Below, piece by piece: positions 1 to 9,395 of a DNA stretch of 64,000 bases. Under the pieces are notes generated by a model. It was not told the DNA's origin. It did not search any database and saw only the letters and a list, made by a program, of their open reading frames with translations. Position 1 is the first letter of the stretch. Each line of letters begins with the position of its first letter. The stretch is from Clostridia bacterium (GTDB lineage: Bacteria; Bacillota; Clostridia; Oscillospirales; CAG-272): the NCBI GenBank assembly GCA_017456905.1, contig JAFTIL010000025.1, positions 438 to 64,437 on the forward strand, in the 5' to 3' direction. A program made the translations under genes and the position numbers.

Positions 1-153
1 TTGAAAAATGAAATCAGCGTGGCTATCACCCGTGAGGGCAAGATCAGCGTGGTCACGTATCCGCTACTTTCCGACGAGAATGGCTACTATTTCGAGTACG
101 GCTGTGAGTACACCAAGCTGGCCGTAGATGACTTCAAGGAGGTGTCGGAATGA
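1..153 (+). CDS. C-terminal end of an ORF starting left of the window (hypothetical)
   Basis: Frame 1 is open from base 1 to TGA 151-153. ATGA overlap with the next small ORF. Part of the packed + strand operon. Confidence 0.35.
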   Translation: MKNEISVAITREGKISVVTYPLLSDENGYYFEYGCEYTKLAVDDFKEVSE

Positions 154-284
154 ATAACGAGAACAAGGATATCCGTCAGGAAACCAATAATAAGCCCATA
201 ATTGACCTTCTCGCTCTCTGGGAAGAGGTCGAGGATATGATCAGCGAAAGACGCGCCATCGAAGGAGGTAATAACAATGACTAA
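150..284 (+). CDS. small hypothetical protein (44 aa, MNNENKDIRQ...)
   Basis: ATG 150 overlaps the previous stop, and stop 282-284 overlaps the next ATG at 277. Supported only by the coupling pattern. Confidence 0.3.
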   Translation: MNNENKDIRQETNNKPIIDLLALWEEVEDMISERRAIEGGNNND

Positions 285-840
285 TACATATAGCAACGAA
301 ATCAGAATCGTCATCGGCTCTTGGGGCTCTTACAACGAGTGCAACGAGCGCGCTTTGGGATCCCGTTGGCTTGACTTGGCCGACTATGGAGACTGGGATG
401 AGATCGTGGAAGAATTGGAGCGTCAGGGCTTCGAGCTGGACGGCATCGACGAGGAGTTGTTCATTCAAGACATCGACAACTTCCCCTCCGACGCGACCAA
501 CTGGGATTATATGCATCCGCAACGGCTGTTCGATATTTTACACGAAGCCGAGGTACTGGACGATTCCGGCAAGTATGATACCCTAATGGCGTTCCTGGAA
601 GTGCGCGGTTTCCGTGAGTTTGAAGAACTCGTTGAGAAATATGGCGCGGACTGGGACGACGATATTTATATTTATAAGAAATACGATTGGGACGATTACG
701 GTCGTGAGATGTTCAACAACTGTGGCTATCAAATCCCGGACGAGCTACTGGATTACTTCGATTTTGAGGCCTACGGCGAGTCCTTCAAGTACGACGGTAT
801 TGAGGAATACTCCGAGGGCTTGATCGAAATCCGGAGGTGA
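277..840 (+). CDS. ardA: ArdA-type antirestriction protein
   Basis: 187 aa and very acidic. N-terminal IVIGSWGSYNEC and C-terminal YFDFEAYGES...GLIEI resemble the ArdA signature (YIANLGKYNEG ... YIDYQAYGRD) recalled from Tn916-type ArdA. Confidence 0.7.
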   Translation: MTNTYSNEIRIVIGSWGSYNECNERALGSRWLDLADYGDWDEIVEELERQGFELDGIDEELFIQDIDNFPSDATNWDYMHPQRLFDILHEAEVLDDSGKYDTLMAFLEVRGFREFEELVEKYGADWDDDIYIYKKYDWDDYGREMFNNCGYQIPDELLDYFDFEAYGESFKYDGIEEYSEGLIEIRR

Positions 841-844
841 GATT

Positions 845-1093
845 ATGAAAAACACCAAGGAAGTACAAGCCATACTGACGGCTATCTGCTGTATCAATCA
901 GACCAGCGAGCACCGGGACGAGGACATAGCCAAGATTTGCGACTATGCCTTCCGTCGGCTCTTTGGCTCCAACACCAACCTGCTCATGCTTTGTTGCGTG
1001 GGCAGGTCGAAAGAAGGAATGATGCCTGAAATCATGCAGGTCTTGGAGCAGGATACACAATACAAAAAATACTTGGAGGAATACACAAAATGA
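845..1093 (+). CDS. hypothetical protein (82 aa)
   Basis: GGAGGTG RBS upstream of ATG 845. ATGA overlap with the next gene. Confidence 0.5.
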   Translation: MKNTKEVQAILTAICCINQTSEHRDEDIAKICDYAFRRLFGSNTNLLMLCCVGRSKEGMMPEIMQVLEQDTQYKKYLEEYTK

Positions 1094-1386
1094 AGGTTCA
1101 AGAACTCTACACCATGACATTCAACGACGCTTGCGAAAAGCTATCCGAGCAGACCGATCTCATTACCACCTACGAAAGTCTGAAGGATTTTGCCATCCAC
1201 ATGATTCAGGAGGATCACCTGTATCTGGCTCTGCACATTCTGGAGGCCATCCACAGCTCGCCGGCAGACTACTATGATTACGACTACAGCATGGGCACGT
1301 TGGAAACGCCCACGGCACTGACCCTGACCTTTGACTTGGTTGATTACTGCGACGACAAGGAGAATGAAGACGATGACGAGCTTTAA
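1090..1386 (+). CDS. hypothetical acidic protein (98 aa)
   Basis: Translationally coupled ORF with an acidic C-terminal tail (ENEDDDEL). Confidence 0.5.
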   Translation: MKVQELYTMTFNDACEKLSEQTDLITTYESLKDFAIHMIQEDHLYLALHILEAIHSSPADYYDYDYSMGTLETPTALTLTFDLVDYCDDKENEDDDEL

Positions 1387-1573
1387 GACCCAAGCCCATA
1401 TCCATTCCCTCGATGGGGCTATGGATGAAATCACCGTTTTGGACAGCCGGCAGGAGTCCGACCACGTTGTCTACATCGTGGACTACAAGGGCGTGAAATG
1501 TACCGCCATTTTCAACTGGTTCGCAAACGCTTACTACGCCGACGATAAGTACGGCATCATCAAGGAGGATTAA
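1373..1573 (+). CDS. hypothetical protein (66 aa; start uncertain, 1331-1373)
   Basis: AAGGAGA lies about 9 nt upstream of ATG 1373. Overlaps the previous stop. Confidence 0.4.
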   Translation: MTSFKTQAHIHSLDGAMDEITVLDSRQESDHVVYIVDYKGVKCTAIFNWFANAYYADDKYGIIKED

Positions 1574-1575
1574 CC

Positions 1576-1833
1576 ATGAGTATTAAGAACGATATCCGCG
1601 AGCAGATCAAGAGTGCCATCCGACATTACGACTTTGAAGAAGCCATCAGCGAGGCGATGGACGAAATCGACCTGGAAGAGCTGATCACGCAAAAGATCAC
1701 CCAGCGTATCCGCGATGTGGACATTGAGCCTTTGGTAACGAGTCTTGTCGCTGACCTGATCGACGAGCAGCTGGACGATATCGACATTGAGGGCGAGGTG
1801 CTGAGCGCCTTGCAGGAAGAATTTGAGGATTGA
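1576..1833 (+). CDS. hypothetical acidic protein (85 aa)
   Basis: AAGGAGG RBS before ATG 1576. Confidence 0.5.
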   Translation: MSIKNDIREQIKSAIRHYDFEEAISEAMDEIDLEELITQKITQRIRDVDIEPLVTSLVADLIDEQLDDIDIEGEVLSALQEEFED

Positions 1834-1843
1834 GGGGTGTGAC

Positions 1844-2089
1844 GTGAAAACTGAAATGAACAATCCGTATGGCTACAAGGTCTGTTACAAGGAGGATGGC
1901 GCAAAAGGCTATACACGCCATTTCAAGACCTACACCTACCGCCAAGCAGTTAAAGCCAAGGCCGGATACATCCGCTTCCCTCCCAGAGCGAGGGAGGACG
2001 GGCATATCTTGAAGAACCCGAAGTGGGTGATCATTCCCATCAAGCGCTCCGAGGTGCGGGACGGTATCTGGCATGAGGATCCCTTCTGA
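1844..2089 (+). CDS. hypothetical protein (about 81 aa; start GTG 1844 or ATG 1856)
   Basis: GAGGGGTG lies upstream of GTG 1844. Followed by an intrinsic terminator. Confidence 0.45.
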   Translation: MKTEMNNPYGYKVCYKEDGAKGYTRHFKTYTYRQAVKAKAGYIRFPPRAREDGHILKNPKWVIIPIKRSEVRDGIWHEDPF

Positions 2090-2108
2090 TGAAGGGGTCC
2101 TTTTTCTA
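2077..2108 (+). terminator. intrinsic terminator
   Basis: ggatcccttc-tgat-gaaggggtcc hairpin (one mismatch) followed by TTTTT. Confidence 0.6.
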
Positions 2109-2145
2109 TTTATTAAGTAAAACACATGATAAGGAGGAATGAAAC

Positions 2146-2892
2146 ATGACTTTGAATCTCACCGCAACGACAACCGAAGAAAAGGTATTGAAGGAATACC
2201 TTGAACAGAATGCCAGCGAGGTGCTGGTAGATAAGATCAACAACGGCGTTCCCGTCGAGAAAGACGGCAAAAAGCTGATCTCAAAGAAGACCTTGGCGGG
2301 CTTTATGAAGTACGCCACCGATGAGGCACGAAAGCAGGCAGCCAAGGGCGCGACTAGCGCGTGTCTGCACAGCGATATCGTATTCGGCTGGGCTATCCAC
2401 TATTTTGAGGAAGACAGCATCCTTGGTACGCTTTACAACGAGGACGGTACGGAGTACAAGGCCGCTAAGCCCGCAACCAAAATTCTGCCACCACCATCCA
2501 CGGTAGCCACCAATACGCCTACAACTCCGACTCCCAAGCCAAAGCCCAAGGCGAGGCAAATGTCTATGTTTGACCTGTTCGACGAGCCGGAAACGGAGGT
2601 GGAAGATACCACCGAGACGGATGAATGCGACGAGGACGAGGTGGCCTCAGACACCTACGAGGAGGCTCCTGAAAGCCCCGTAGAGAACGTGGAATCCAAG
2701 ATGGAGCAAGTGTCTACCGTGGTGGCAAAAGAGCCCGAAAAGCCGCTGGTGGAGCATATAAACGGTCTCGATGTGGACACCACCACGGGCGAGATCATTG
2801 AACCCGACGAAGCTCCCGACCCTTATGCCGATACCGAGCTGATGTACAAAATATATCTACTGCTCGATCAGAAAGTTGAAATTGTGAAGTGA
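2146..2892 (+). CDS. PcfK-like / AcrIIA9-family-like protein with an acidic low-complexity C-terminal half
   Basis: AAGGAGG RBS. The N-terminal ~95 aa (LKEYLEQNASE...FGWAIHYFEED) resembles the remembered PcfK/AcrIIA9 pattern (YLE.RA...GQAIHYYEE). Sits directly upstream of a PcfJ-like gene, as in conjugative elements. Confidence 0.5.
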   Translation: MTLNLTATTTEEKVLKEYLEQNASEVLVDKINNGVPVEKDGKKLISKKTLAGFMKYATDEARKQAAKGATSACLHSDIVFGWAIHYFEEDSILGTLYNEDGTEYKAAKPATKILPPPSTVATNTPTTPTPKPKPKARQMSMFDLFDEPETEVEDTTETDECDEDEVASDTYEEAPESPVENVESKMEQVSTVVAKEPEKPLVEHINGLDVDTTTGEIIEPDEAPDPYADTELMYKIYLLLDQKVEIVK

Positions 2893-2904
2893 GGTAAAAA
2901 TGTC

Positions 2905-4218
2905 ATGTTGATAGAGAAAATAAAGCCTATTCCCAAATACATCGTTGAGAAGATCCGCAAGCGGGATGCCATCCGTTATCCCGAGCCCCACGGAAACACC
3001 CGTTTTTACTCCTATCTCACCAGGAATGACGGTGAGCTTGTCAAGGTCACGGTGGCTGTCCGGCATCGTTACAAGAATTGGCACTATAAGCAAGTCGCCG
3101 TCCACGGTGTCCACTCTGATCGCTGCTATGTGAAAGATATGTGCTTCACCTACATCGGCGGCTACAACGTCGGTTGGCACGCCGAAGGATTGAACAGGAC
3201 ACAAAAGTGGTATGAGGATGACGAATGGGGTTGGTATTACGACTCCGGTTTCGATCCCTACGCACCAGTGGTCAACAAGGACTACTTGGCAAAGTTCCCG
3301 GAATACCAATACTCCGCTTGGGAGCTGTACGATGAAGCGGATATTCTCAAATTTCTTCGCAATTATGAGAAGTACCCGCAGGCTGAGTACCTGATGAAGA
3401 TGGGCTTGCAGAAGTATGTGTTCAGTAAGCAGATTTTGACCAAGGCGGTTAAGGATAAGCAGTTTCGGAAGTGGCTCTGGAGCAACCGTCAGGTGCTTGC
3501 AGGTCGCTATTTTTATATATCCACGATTCTGTCCTCCTACCGTCGCGGAACGTCGTTGCTTGAAACACAGGCATATGAGGAAGTCAAGAAAACCTTTTGC
3601 CGTGAACGGGACTTCAAGCCGATTCGCGAAATGCTGGGTGGTGATTACAAGCCGTTCTTTGAGTATGTGGCAAAACAGCAGATCAGCACTCGTGTGTATC
3701 TCGACTATCTGAAAGCCTGTAACTTCCTTGGCTTGGATATGTCGGAGGATAAGAACCGTTACCCCCACGATTTCATGCGCTGGCACGATATCCGTATCGA
3801 CGAGTACAAGACCGCCAAGGCTTTGAAGGATCAGGAGGAGCGAGCTGAGCTTTACGCGAAATTTGCTTCTGTGGCTGAAAAGTATCTCCCCATGCAGCAC
3901 AACAAGCGGAGTGGCTTTGTTGCCATTATCGCACGAAGCCCTGCCGATTTGAAGATCGAGGGTGAGCTGTTACACCACTGTGTCGGCGGTATGGGATATG
4001 AGCAGAAATTCATCCGCGAGGAAACGCTGATTTTCTTCATCCGAGCCAGGGACACACAGGATACTCCGTTGGTCACGGTGGAGTATTCGCTGTCTGCCAA
4101 GAAGATCTTGCAGTGCTATGCCGACCACAACACCAAGCCCGCAGAGGATGTTCTGCACTACGTCAACAAGGTGTGGTTGCCTTACGCCAATCGCACACTA
4201 AAACAGATTGCCGCATAA
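2905..4218 (+). CDS. PcfJ-like protein
   Basis: 437 aa. The C-terminal EGELLHHCVGGMGYEQKF motif is typical of the PcfJ family. Adjacent to the PcfK-like gene. Confidence 0.6.
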   Translation: MLIEKIKPIPKYIVEKIRKRDAIRYPEPHGNTRFYSYLTRNDGELVKVTVAVRHRYKNWHYKQVAVHGVHSDRCYVKDMCFTYIGGYNVGWHAEGLNRTQKWYEDDEWGWYYDSGFDPYAPVVNKDYLAKFPEYQYSAWELYDEADILKFLRNYEKYPQAEYLMKMGLQKYVFSKQILTKAVKDKQFRKWLWSNRQVLAGRYFYISTILSSYRRGTSLLETQAYEEVKKTFCRERDFKPIREMLGGDYKPFFEYVAKQQISTRVYLDYLKACNFLGLDMSEDKNRYPHDFMRWHDIRIDEYKTAKALKDQEERAELYAKFASVAEKYLPMQHNKRSGFVAIIARSPADLKIEGELLHHCVGGMGYEQKFIREETLIFFIRARDTQDTPLVTVEYSLSAKKILQCYADHNTKPAEDVLHYVNKVWLPYANRTLKQIAA

Positions 4219-4234
4219 GAAGGAGGTCAAGATT

Positions 4235-4561
4235 ATGGCTAATTACTATCGTATCACCGCTTATCACCCAGCGGAAGATTACTGCTTCATCGTGGACTCG
4301 CACGGCCGCTTTGAAAAGCTCTGGCAATTTAGCTCCTACCTTGTAAACAAGGGAGTAAAGGTCTTGGAAGTCGCCAACGGGGACACGTTCTTGGATGGCA
4401 ATATGAAACGTGCCAAGGAGCATCCCGAGTATCTGTATATACAGTCAGCGCAGAGAGGACAGCCCACGAAAACAACCGTGACCGTGGATGGGAAGACGTA
4501 TCGTGCCATTGAGATTTGCGGACGGCGTTATATTCCCGACAGAAATGAGGTGGTCAAATGA
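4235..4561 (+). CDS. hypothetical protein (108 aa)
   Basis: AGGAGG at 4221-4226, 8 nt before ATG 4235. Confidence 0.5.
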   Translation: MANYYRITAYHPAEDYCFIVDSHGRFEKLWQFSSYLVNKGVKVLEVANGDTFLDGNMKRAKEHPEYLYIQSAQRGQPTKTTVTVDGKTYRAIEICGRRYIPDRNEVVK

Positions 4562-4806
4562 AGCCCGGATTGGAATTTGAAAACAGCGGAATGAAGCTCG
4601 TCTGTCTCGCTTTTTACTCCCTTGGAAAGCGAAATGTTGGCCTCTTTCAACGTAAGATCGACGGGATGTACATCACCGCACGAAACACCTCCAAGGAGGC
4701 TGACGGCTCTTATTCCTGGGCTTGGGGGCATTACTTCATAGAATGGGAAGAGGCAGAAAAGGACTACCGGAGTAGACTCAACGAGATGTGTCGATACACG
4801 GATTAA
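4558..4806 (+). CDS. hypothetical protein (82 aa)
   Basis: ATGA overlap with the previous gene. Followed by a terminator. Confidence 0.45.
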   Translation: MKPGLEFENSGMKLVCLAFYSLGKRNVGLFQRKIDGMYITARNTSKEADGSYSWAWGHYFIEWEEAEKDYRSRLNEMCRYTD

Positions 4807-4820
4807 CTGAATACCATTTC

Positions 4821-4847
4821 GGGGGGCTGTCAAAGGCCCCCTTTTTT
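4821..4847. terminator. bidirectional intrinsic terminator between convergent genes
   Basis: gggggc-tgtcaaag-gccccc hairpin followed by TTTTTT. Confidence 0.65.
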
Positions 4848-5835
4848 ATTGATACTGACCCTTTAGGCTATCCAAGTATGCGGTGTATCGTTCCTTTATA
4901 TCCTCGGGGCCGAGAATCGTAAGATTCTGACCAAAGGACGAACACCAACCGAAAAACAAGTCGCTGACCTGCACCTCGGCCGAAAACCGCATCTTATCCT
5001 CGCCATACAGGGTGATTTCGGCTCGCTCACCAAACAGGTCAAACACCGCATCCATCAAGTATCGGCTCATTTCCAAATGAACAGTTTTAGCTTCGCCAGA
5101 GAACATCCCGAAAAGCTGTTTCTTATGTGTCGCTATATCGAAGCCTAATTCCTCCGGAGGCATATCCGCTTGCTCGTCGATGATCTCCACCTTGTCCATG
5201 CGGTCAATGCGGTAGTGACTGATCTTGTTGTAGCGATTGTCGTAGATGACCAGATAATAATGACCATCTGCAAACACCGTGGCAACGGGGCTGACTACAT
5301 AATGGTGGCCGTTGCGACGGTACACGCGCTCATGCTTTTCGTTGTAATCAAAATACAGGAAGATGATCTTCTGTCGGTTGTTGATGGCGGTCACGATCTC
5401 GTTGACCGAATAGTAGATGCTTTCATTTGTACTCTTGGTCGTGTTGAATTGGACTATGTTCTTCTTCAGCACCAGACCCTTTTGGCTACCTGCCAAATTA
5501 GCGATCTTATCTACAAGCTCAGCAGTTTTCTTACGGGTGATGAAACTGGCAGCCTGTACCGCGTCCATGAGTATGTGAATTTCGGGACTGGAGAACTGGC
5601 GATCCTCCACATAATATTGGTTGCTTCTGCCACGGTGAACCATAACCTCGTAGCCCCAATCGTTCAGAAGCTTGATGTTCTCGTATATGGTCGTTCTGTG
5701 TGCCTGGATTCCGCACTCAGCAAGCTTGGATCGAAGCTCCTCCGTCCCCATGGGATGATCTCCATCGGTTTCGCGCTGTAGGATCTCCCAGATTTTCAAA
5801 GGACGTATGCGGTTGTACTTTTCAGCGTTATTCAT
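4846..5835 (-). CDS. HTH plus WYL-domain transcriptional regulator (YafY-like)
   Basis: 329 aa. N-terminal winged-HTH-like segment (RPLKIWEILQRETDGDHPMGTEELRSKL...TIYENIKLL) and a central WYL-like HYYLVIYDNRYNKISHYRIDRM. Confidence 0.7.
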   Translation of the reverse strand: MNNAEKYNRIRPLKIWEILQRETDGDHPMGTEELRSKLAECGIQAHRTTIYENIKLLNDWGYEVMVHRGRSNQYYVEDRQFSSPEIHILMDAVQAASFITRKKTAELVDKIANLAGSQKGLVLKKNIVQFNTTKSTNESIYYSVNEIVTAINNRQKIIFLYFDYNEKHERVYRRNGHHYVVSPVATVFADGHYYLVIYDNRYNKISHYRIDRMDKVEIIDEQADMPPEELGFDIATHKKQLFGMFSGEAKTVHLEMSRYLMDAVFDLFGERAEITLYGEDKMRFSAEVQVSDLFFGWCSSFGQNLTILGPEDIKERYTAYLDSLKGQYQ

Positions 5836-6024
5836 ATGTAAATTCCTTTTCGTTACAAAAATCTTACGCCGAATATTATACCACTTTTTACGTGTTTTGT
5901 AAATCCCAAGACCACACCGTTTCGACCGCTTTTTCCTTCTATTAAAACGGTTTTTTCTTGGTGGCAGTTCCGTGTGAGTATGTACGATAGCTATCCAATT
6001 CTGTAAGTGTTCGTCTCAAACGTG

Positions 6025-6101
6025 GTTGTTAGGCGTGTGCTTGTCTTGATACAAGTCGGGCTCGCTGCGCTCGCCCGAGACAAGCACACGCCTGCCACAA
6101 C
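6025..6101. repeat. long imperfect inverted repeat (16-bp perfect stem with a nested 6-bp stem)
   Basis: aggcgtgtgcttgtct (6031-6046) pairs with agacaagcacacgcct (6078-6093). Inner stem tcgggc/gcccga. Lies just 3' of the Rep gene. Confidence 0.7.
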
Positions 6102-6236
6102 TTGACCGTCGCAACGCGGAAAAATCAAGCGCCGACGGATGCGAGGTCGCCGCTGAGCCGCTTGGCGATCCTTCGCATTTTTCCCCTCGGCGCGGACATT
6201 GATTTTATGGAACCGGGTTGGCCCGATGTTCTGCCG

Positions 6237-7226
6237 TCAGTTAGCCTTCTTCATCTGCTTGATCACCTCGGGGCTGACCTCTCCGATATATACCCCATCC
6301 TCGAAGCATGAGAAGTTATCGAAAAGCAAGAGCTTCTGATCCTCCATCCCGATGGGACACACCACGTCGTCATCCAATATGTCTGATATGAAATACTGGG
6401 GCAAACCGCGAGAATAGACGATCTTCTCCCCGGACTTCTCGATGTATTTCATGATGTACGCCATGGCGGATCCCATCTCCGTCCGATCATGGAGGGGCTC
6501 CATATCGCAACGCCCGAAGCGTTCGTTGAAGTATGTGTTCTGAATCGTCACTTGACGGCGGTGGGTGTTGAAGTTATAGTCCTCCTTCTCATAGAGAATG
6601 CCCGGCATGGTTCCCTCGGGGATGTAGAAGATGCCGTGAAAATGAAGGCGACCGGTCTTGGGAGAGCGTTCCCACACTCCTGCGTACTTCCATCCCTTAC
6701 GGGAGCAGAAACGGTTGAAGCAAACCGATAGCCTCTCACGGAAGGTTTCCTCGGTGTGCAAGCTCCCATCGTAGGTGAAGGTGCAGAAGTAATTGAACTC
6801 ATGCAGATTGACCTTGCGGCTAAACCGCTTACGGCGGCAGATCAGATTCCGATGCTTGCGCTCCAGATGCTTGTCCACGTACTCGATAGCCTCCTGCTCG
6901 GTCTTGAAGTAGGGCCTCATGCCTTGGATCAGCTGGCCTCTCCTTGACCTCTTGGGCTCGTTCTGGAGCCTTTGATACAGTTCGTTGAACAACTCCCGCC
7001 GTGTGGCTTTTCGCTTCACAGCGGGCTTTTTTGGCTCTTCATGCGGTTGCTCCTGAAGCAATACATCAACAATTCCCTGCTCTGTTTTTATCTCTTCTTG
7101 AGCTTCATCAACCACGGAAACTAATTCCTCCGGAAGTCTTACCCCCGGATGTCTTGGAGCTGATCTTTTCGGAATCGCAATGTAGTGGCTGCCGTCGTAA
7201 TAAACTTTGGTATCTTGGTATGGCAT
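6237..7226 (-). CDS. HUH-superfamily rolling-circle replication initiator (Rep)
   Basis: Three ordered motifs are present: FCTFTYD (motif 1), RLHFHGIFY (HUH, motif 2) and AMAYIMKYIEK (catalytic Tyr, motif 3). AGGAGG RBS. Confidence 0.7.
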   Translation of the reverse strand: MPYQDTKVYYDGSHYIAIPKRSAPRHPGVRLPEELVSVVDEAQEEIKTEQGIVDVLLQEQPHEEPKKPAVKRKATRRELFNELYQRLQNEPKRSRRGQLIQGMRPYFKTEQEAIEYVDKHLERKHRNLICRRKRFSRKVNLHEFNYFCTFTYDGSLHTEETFRERLSVCFNRFCSRKGWKYAGVWERSPKTGRLHFHGIFYIPEGTMPGILYEKEDYNFNTHRRQVTIQNTYFNERFGRCDMEPLHDRTEMGSAMAYIMKYIEKSGEKIVYSRGLPQYFISDILDDDVVCPIGMEDQKLLLFDNFSCFEDGVYIGEVSPEVIKQMKKAN

Positions 7227-7286
7227 TAGTAGTACCTCCTAAAGAATTACGCCGACTGTCCGCTACGGACGCTCTCTGCGAGCCTG

Positions 7287-9395
7287 TCAGCGTTTGTATA
7301 GTCCGTTGATAAAATAGCTATTCTGCATTTTCAGTTCCTCCACAGTTGCTTTTTCGGTTTGGTAAGTTAGGTAATCGTGAAGTCCCATCTTGGACTTCCG
7401 TGCCATGTCGTTAAAGTAATCGCTGAAACAATCCGTTGAAAATCTATTTGCGTAAATCTTTTGGTTCATCAAGTAATATTTCTTCTTTTCCACGTTTCCG
7501 TCCTGGGTGCCTCGTTCCTTCTCAATCTTGGAAATGCTGTACCCGTAGCGGTTGTAGATGGTAACGTAGTGCTTATAGATCGTGGCGGTTATGCTTTTCA
7601 GAACGTGGACGAGCAAGGTGTTATCCCCGCGCCTATGGCGGAAATCGTAATACAGTGCCATGAACCGTCCGAACAGCCATTCCTGCATCATTTCCTCAAT
7701 CGTAAAGAACGGCAGGGCGAGCCGCTGTTCACCGGAGGACACGATATGAACGATTTCGCACAAATCCCTACAATCTGCTCCCCAGCTTTCGGGCCTCTGC
7801 TCGTCGGTGAATACCTTGATAAACGGAAAATGATCCACGGTTGCTGAATGGCGGCACATTTTCAGCCACGCATTGAACAGGTCATTTTTCTGATTGGTCT
7901 CGTCCTGTCCCTTCTTGACTTCCCTCAGTTCCAGATTGTTGCCGCGCTCCTTGCCAACCTCGGTGATGGCTACCACACCGAACTCAAAGCTACCGGCTTT
8001 CTCGTTGTTCTCCACCACCTTCTTGCCGAGCCGAAGGACGTCAAAGTCGAGGATGTGAGCATAGCGGCTGTTTTTGCCGTGGTCGAAACGGAAGAAGTCG
8101 AAACTCCACATGGGAAAGATACCTGCATCCAAGAAGCGATTGTCGGTGCGTATGGAATAGTTTGAGATAATGAGCGAGGACTGCATGACGTAGATGAAAT
8201 AGGCTTGGGCGTAGGTTTCTAAAACATCAAACAGGTCAGCACGGGTAAGACCGTTTTCATAGGTCATCCCGTACCGTTCCGTGTCGTAGCCATATAATTG
8301 GAGGCGACGATCCCCATGTTTGGCGTATCTCTGTTCCTTCAATCGTACCCATGCCTTGACGGTCGCAAGGTTATACACCGTCCCAAATTCCATACACCGT
8401 CGTAGCTCCATCTCAAAGCAGACCCATGGGAAATACGGAAACTTCATATCGTTCTTTTGGATAATGTCCAACGCTTTTTGTCGGAACATAACTTCCTGAG
8501 AGAGTGCCATATCCGTAATTATGGTTGTTTTCTTTTTCCCCATTGAGCCGCAGGTCATAGACACGATGGGTAGTTCGTTAATGAACCCGCAATTCCTCGC
8601 CTCCATGTGCCGGAGCTTGGCGAGGGCAACGGTTTTACGGAAGTTTAGGAACAGCGCACAGGGGATGATGAGCAGGAGCCACCCGGGGACATGGTGGTAG
8701 ATCACCAGCAAATCCACGAGTAGCTTGCCAAACTGGATGTAAAGGGTGTCGAGGCGGTAGGACACGGCGAAGAAGAAATAGTACGCCAGAAACTCTACCA
8801 CGATGGTGACAATGTTCAGACTGCACACCCATATGAGGGAGAGAATGACTACGAGCCAAATTCTTTCCCGTATGAAGTCAATATGTCCTAAAACAAACCT
8901 TTTCACGGGCTGATAATACGCCTGTGCATACCGCTTGAATAGCACTAATGGCACCGTATCTTGGTTGTGTTTGGTGTTCCCACTACGGTAGAGCTGCTTG
9001 ACCGCAACTGCCAATATGAGTACACACGGCAGCAGTACCAATCCCGCCTTTGAGATCACTTCCAGCTTTTCGGCAAACGCATAGCCATATGCGCGGAGGT
9101 TTTCAATGTCGAATAGTCGTGATAGGTATTCTCCTACTCTTGCCCAGAACGCCGCCCATTCTTCTGGAATCAGCCGCCACGGCATGACCTCCGAGAAGCT
9201 GTTGACGGTGGGCATGGTGTAGTTCGGGATCCCAAGGAGCAAACAGAAAAAGAACTTGATGGACAGCCCAAAATCCCGGAACGCCTCGCCCATGCGAAGA
9301 TAGGATGTCTGGAATGTAGTTGCCGCTTGCCATATTGTCCACGCGAATATGAATAGGGTCACGCCCCAATTAAGAAGTTTCTGTCGTCGGTTCAT
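7287..9395 (-). CDS. polytopic membrane protein with a cytoplasmic domain carrying a degenerate P-loop (possible Zot/pI-like assembly NTPase)
   Basis: 702 aa with several N-terminal hydrophobic helices. CGSMGKKKT is Walker-A-like and VVAITEVG is a possible Walker B. The NTPase class was not established. Confidence 0.45.
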   Translation of the reverse strand: MNRRQKLLNWGVTLFIFAWTIWQAATTFQTSYLRMGEAFRDFGLSIKFFFCLLLGIPNYTMPTVNSFSEVMPWRLIPEEWAAFWARVGEYLSRLFDIENLRAYGYAFAEKLEVISKAGLVLLPCVLILAVAVKQLYRSGNTKHNQDTVPLVLFKRYAQAYYQPVKRFVLGHIDFIRERIWLVVILSLIWVCSLNIVTIVVEFLAYYFFFAVSYRLDTLYIQFGKLLVDLLVIYHHVPGWLLLIIPCALFLNFRKTVALAKLRHMEARNCGFINELPIVSMTCGSMGKKKTTIITDMALSQEVMFRQKALDIIQKNDMKFPYFPWVCFEMELRRCMEFGTVYNLATVKAWVRLKEQRYAKHGDRRLQLYGYDTERYGMTYENGLTRADLFDVLETYAQAYFIYVMQSSLIISNYSIRTDNRFLDAGIFPMWSFDFFRFDHGKNSRYAHILDFDVLRLGKKVVENNEKAGSFEFGVVAITEVGKERGNNLELREVKKGQDETNQKNDLFNAWLKMCRHSATVDHFPFIKVFTDEQRPESWGADCRDLCEIVHIVSSGEQRLALPFFTIEEMMQEWLFGRFMALYYDFRHRRGDNTLLVHVLKSITATIYKHYVTIYNRYGYSISKIEKERGTQDGNVEKKKYYLMNQKIYANRFSTDCFSDYFNDMARKSKMGLHDYLTYQTEKATVEELKMQNSYFINGLYKR

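Noticed and set aside
2857-3900. 347-aa minus-strand ORF
   Set aside because: It is antisense to the PcfJ-like gene, which has a recognisable family motif and operon context. No RBS or motif was seen.
6102-6311. 69-aa + strand ORF next to Rep
   Set aside because: It overlaps the hairpin region and the Rep 3' end. No RBS.
7287-9395. Calling the 702-aa protein an FtsK/TcpA/VirD4-type conjugative coupling ATPase
   Set aside because: The P-loop is degenerate (GSMGKKKT). I could not recognise FtsK/VirD4 Walker B or arginine-finger context, and no relaxase or T4SS genes are present. It is left as a generic membrane protein with a P-loop-like motif.
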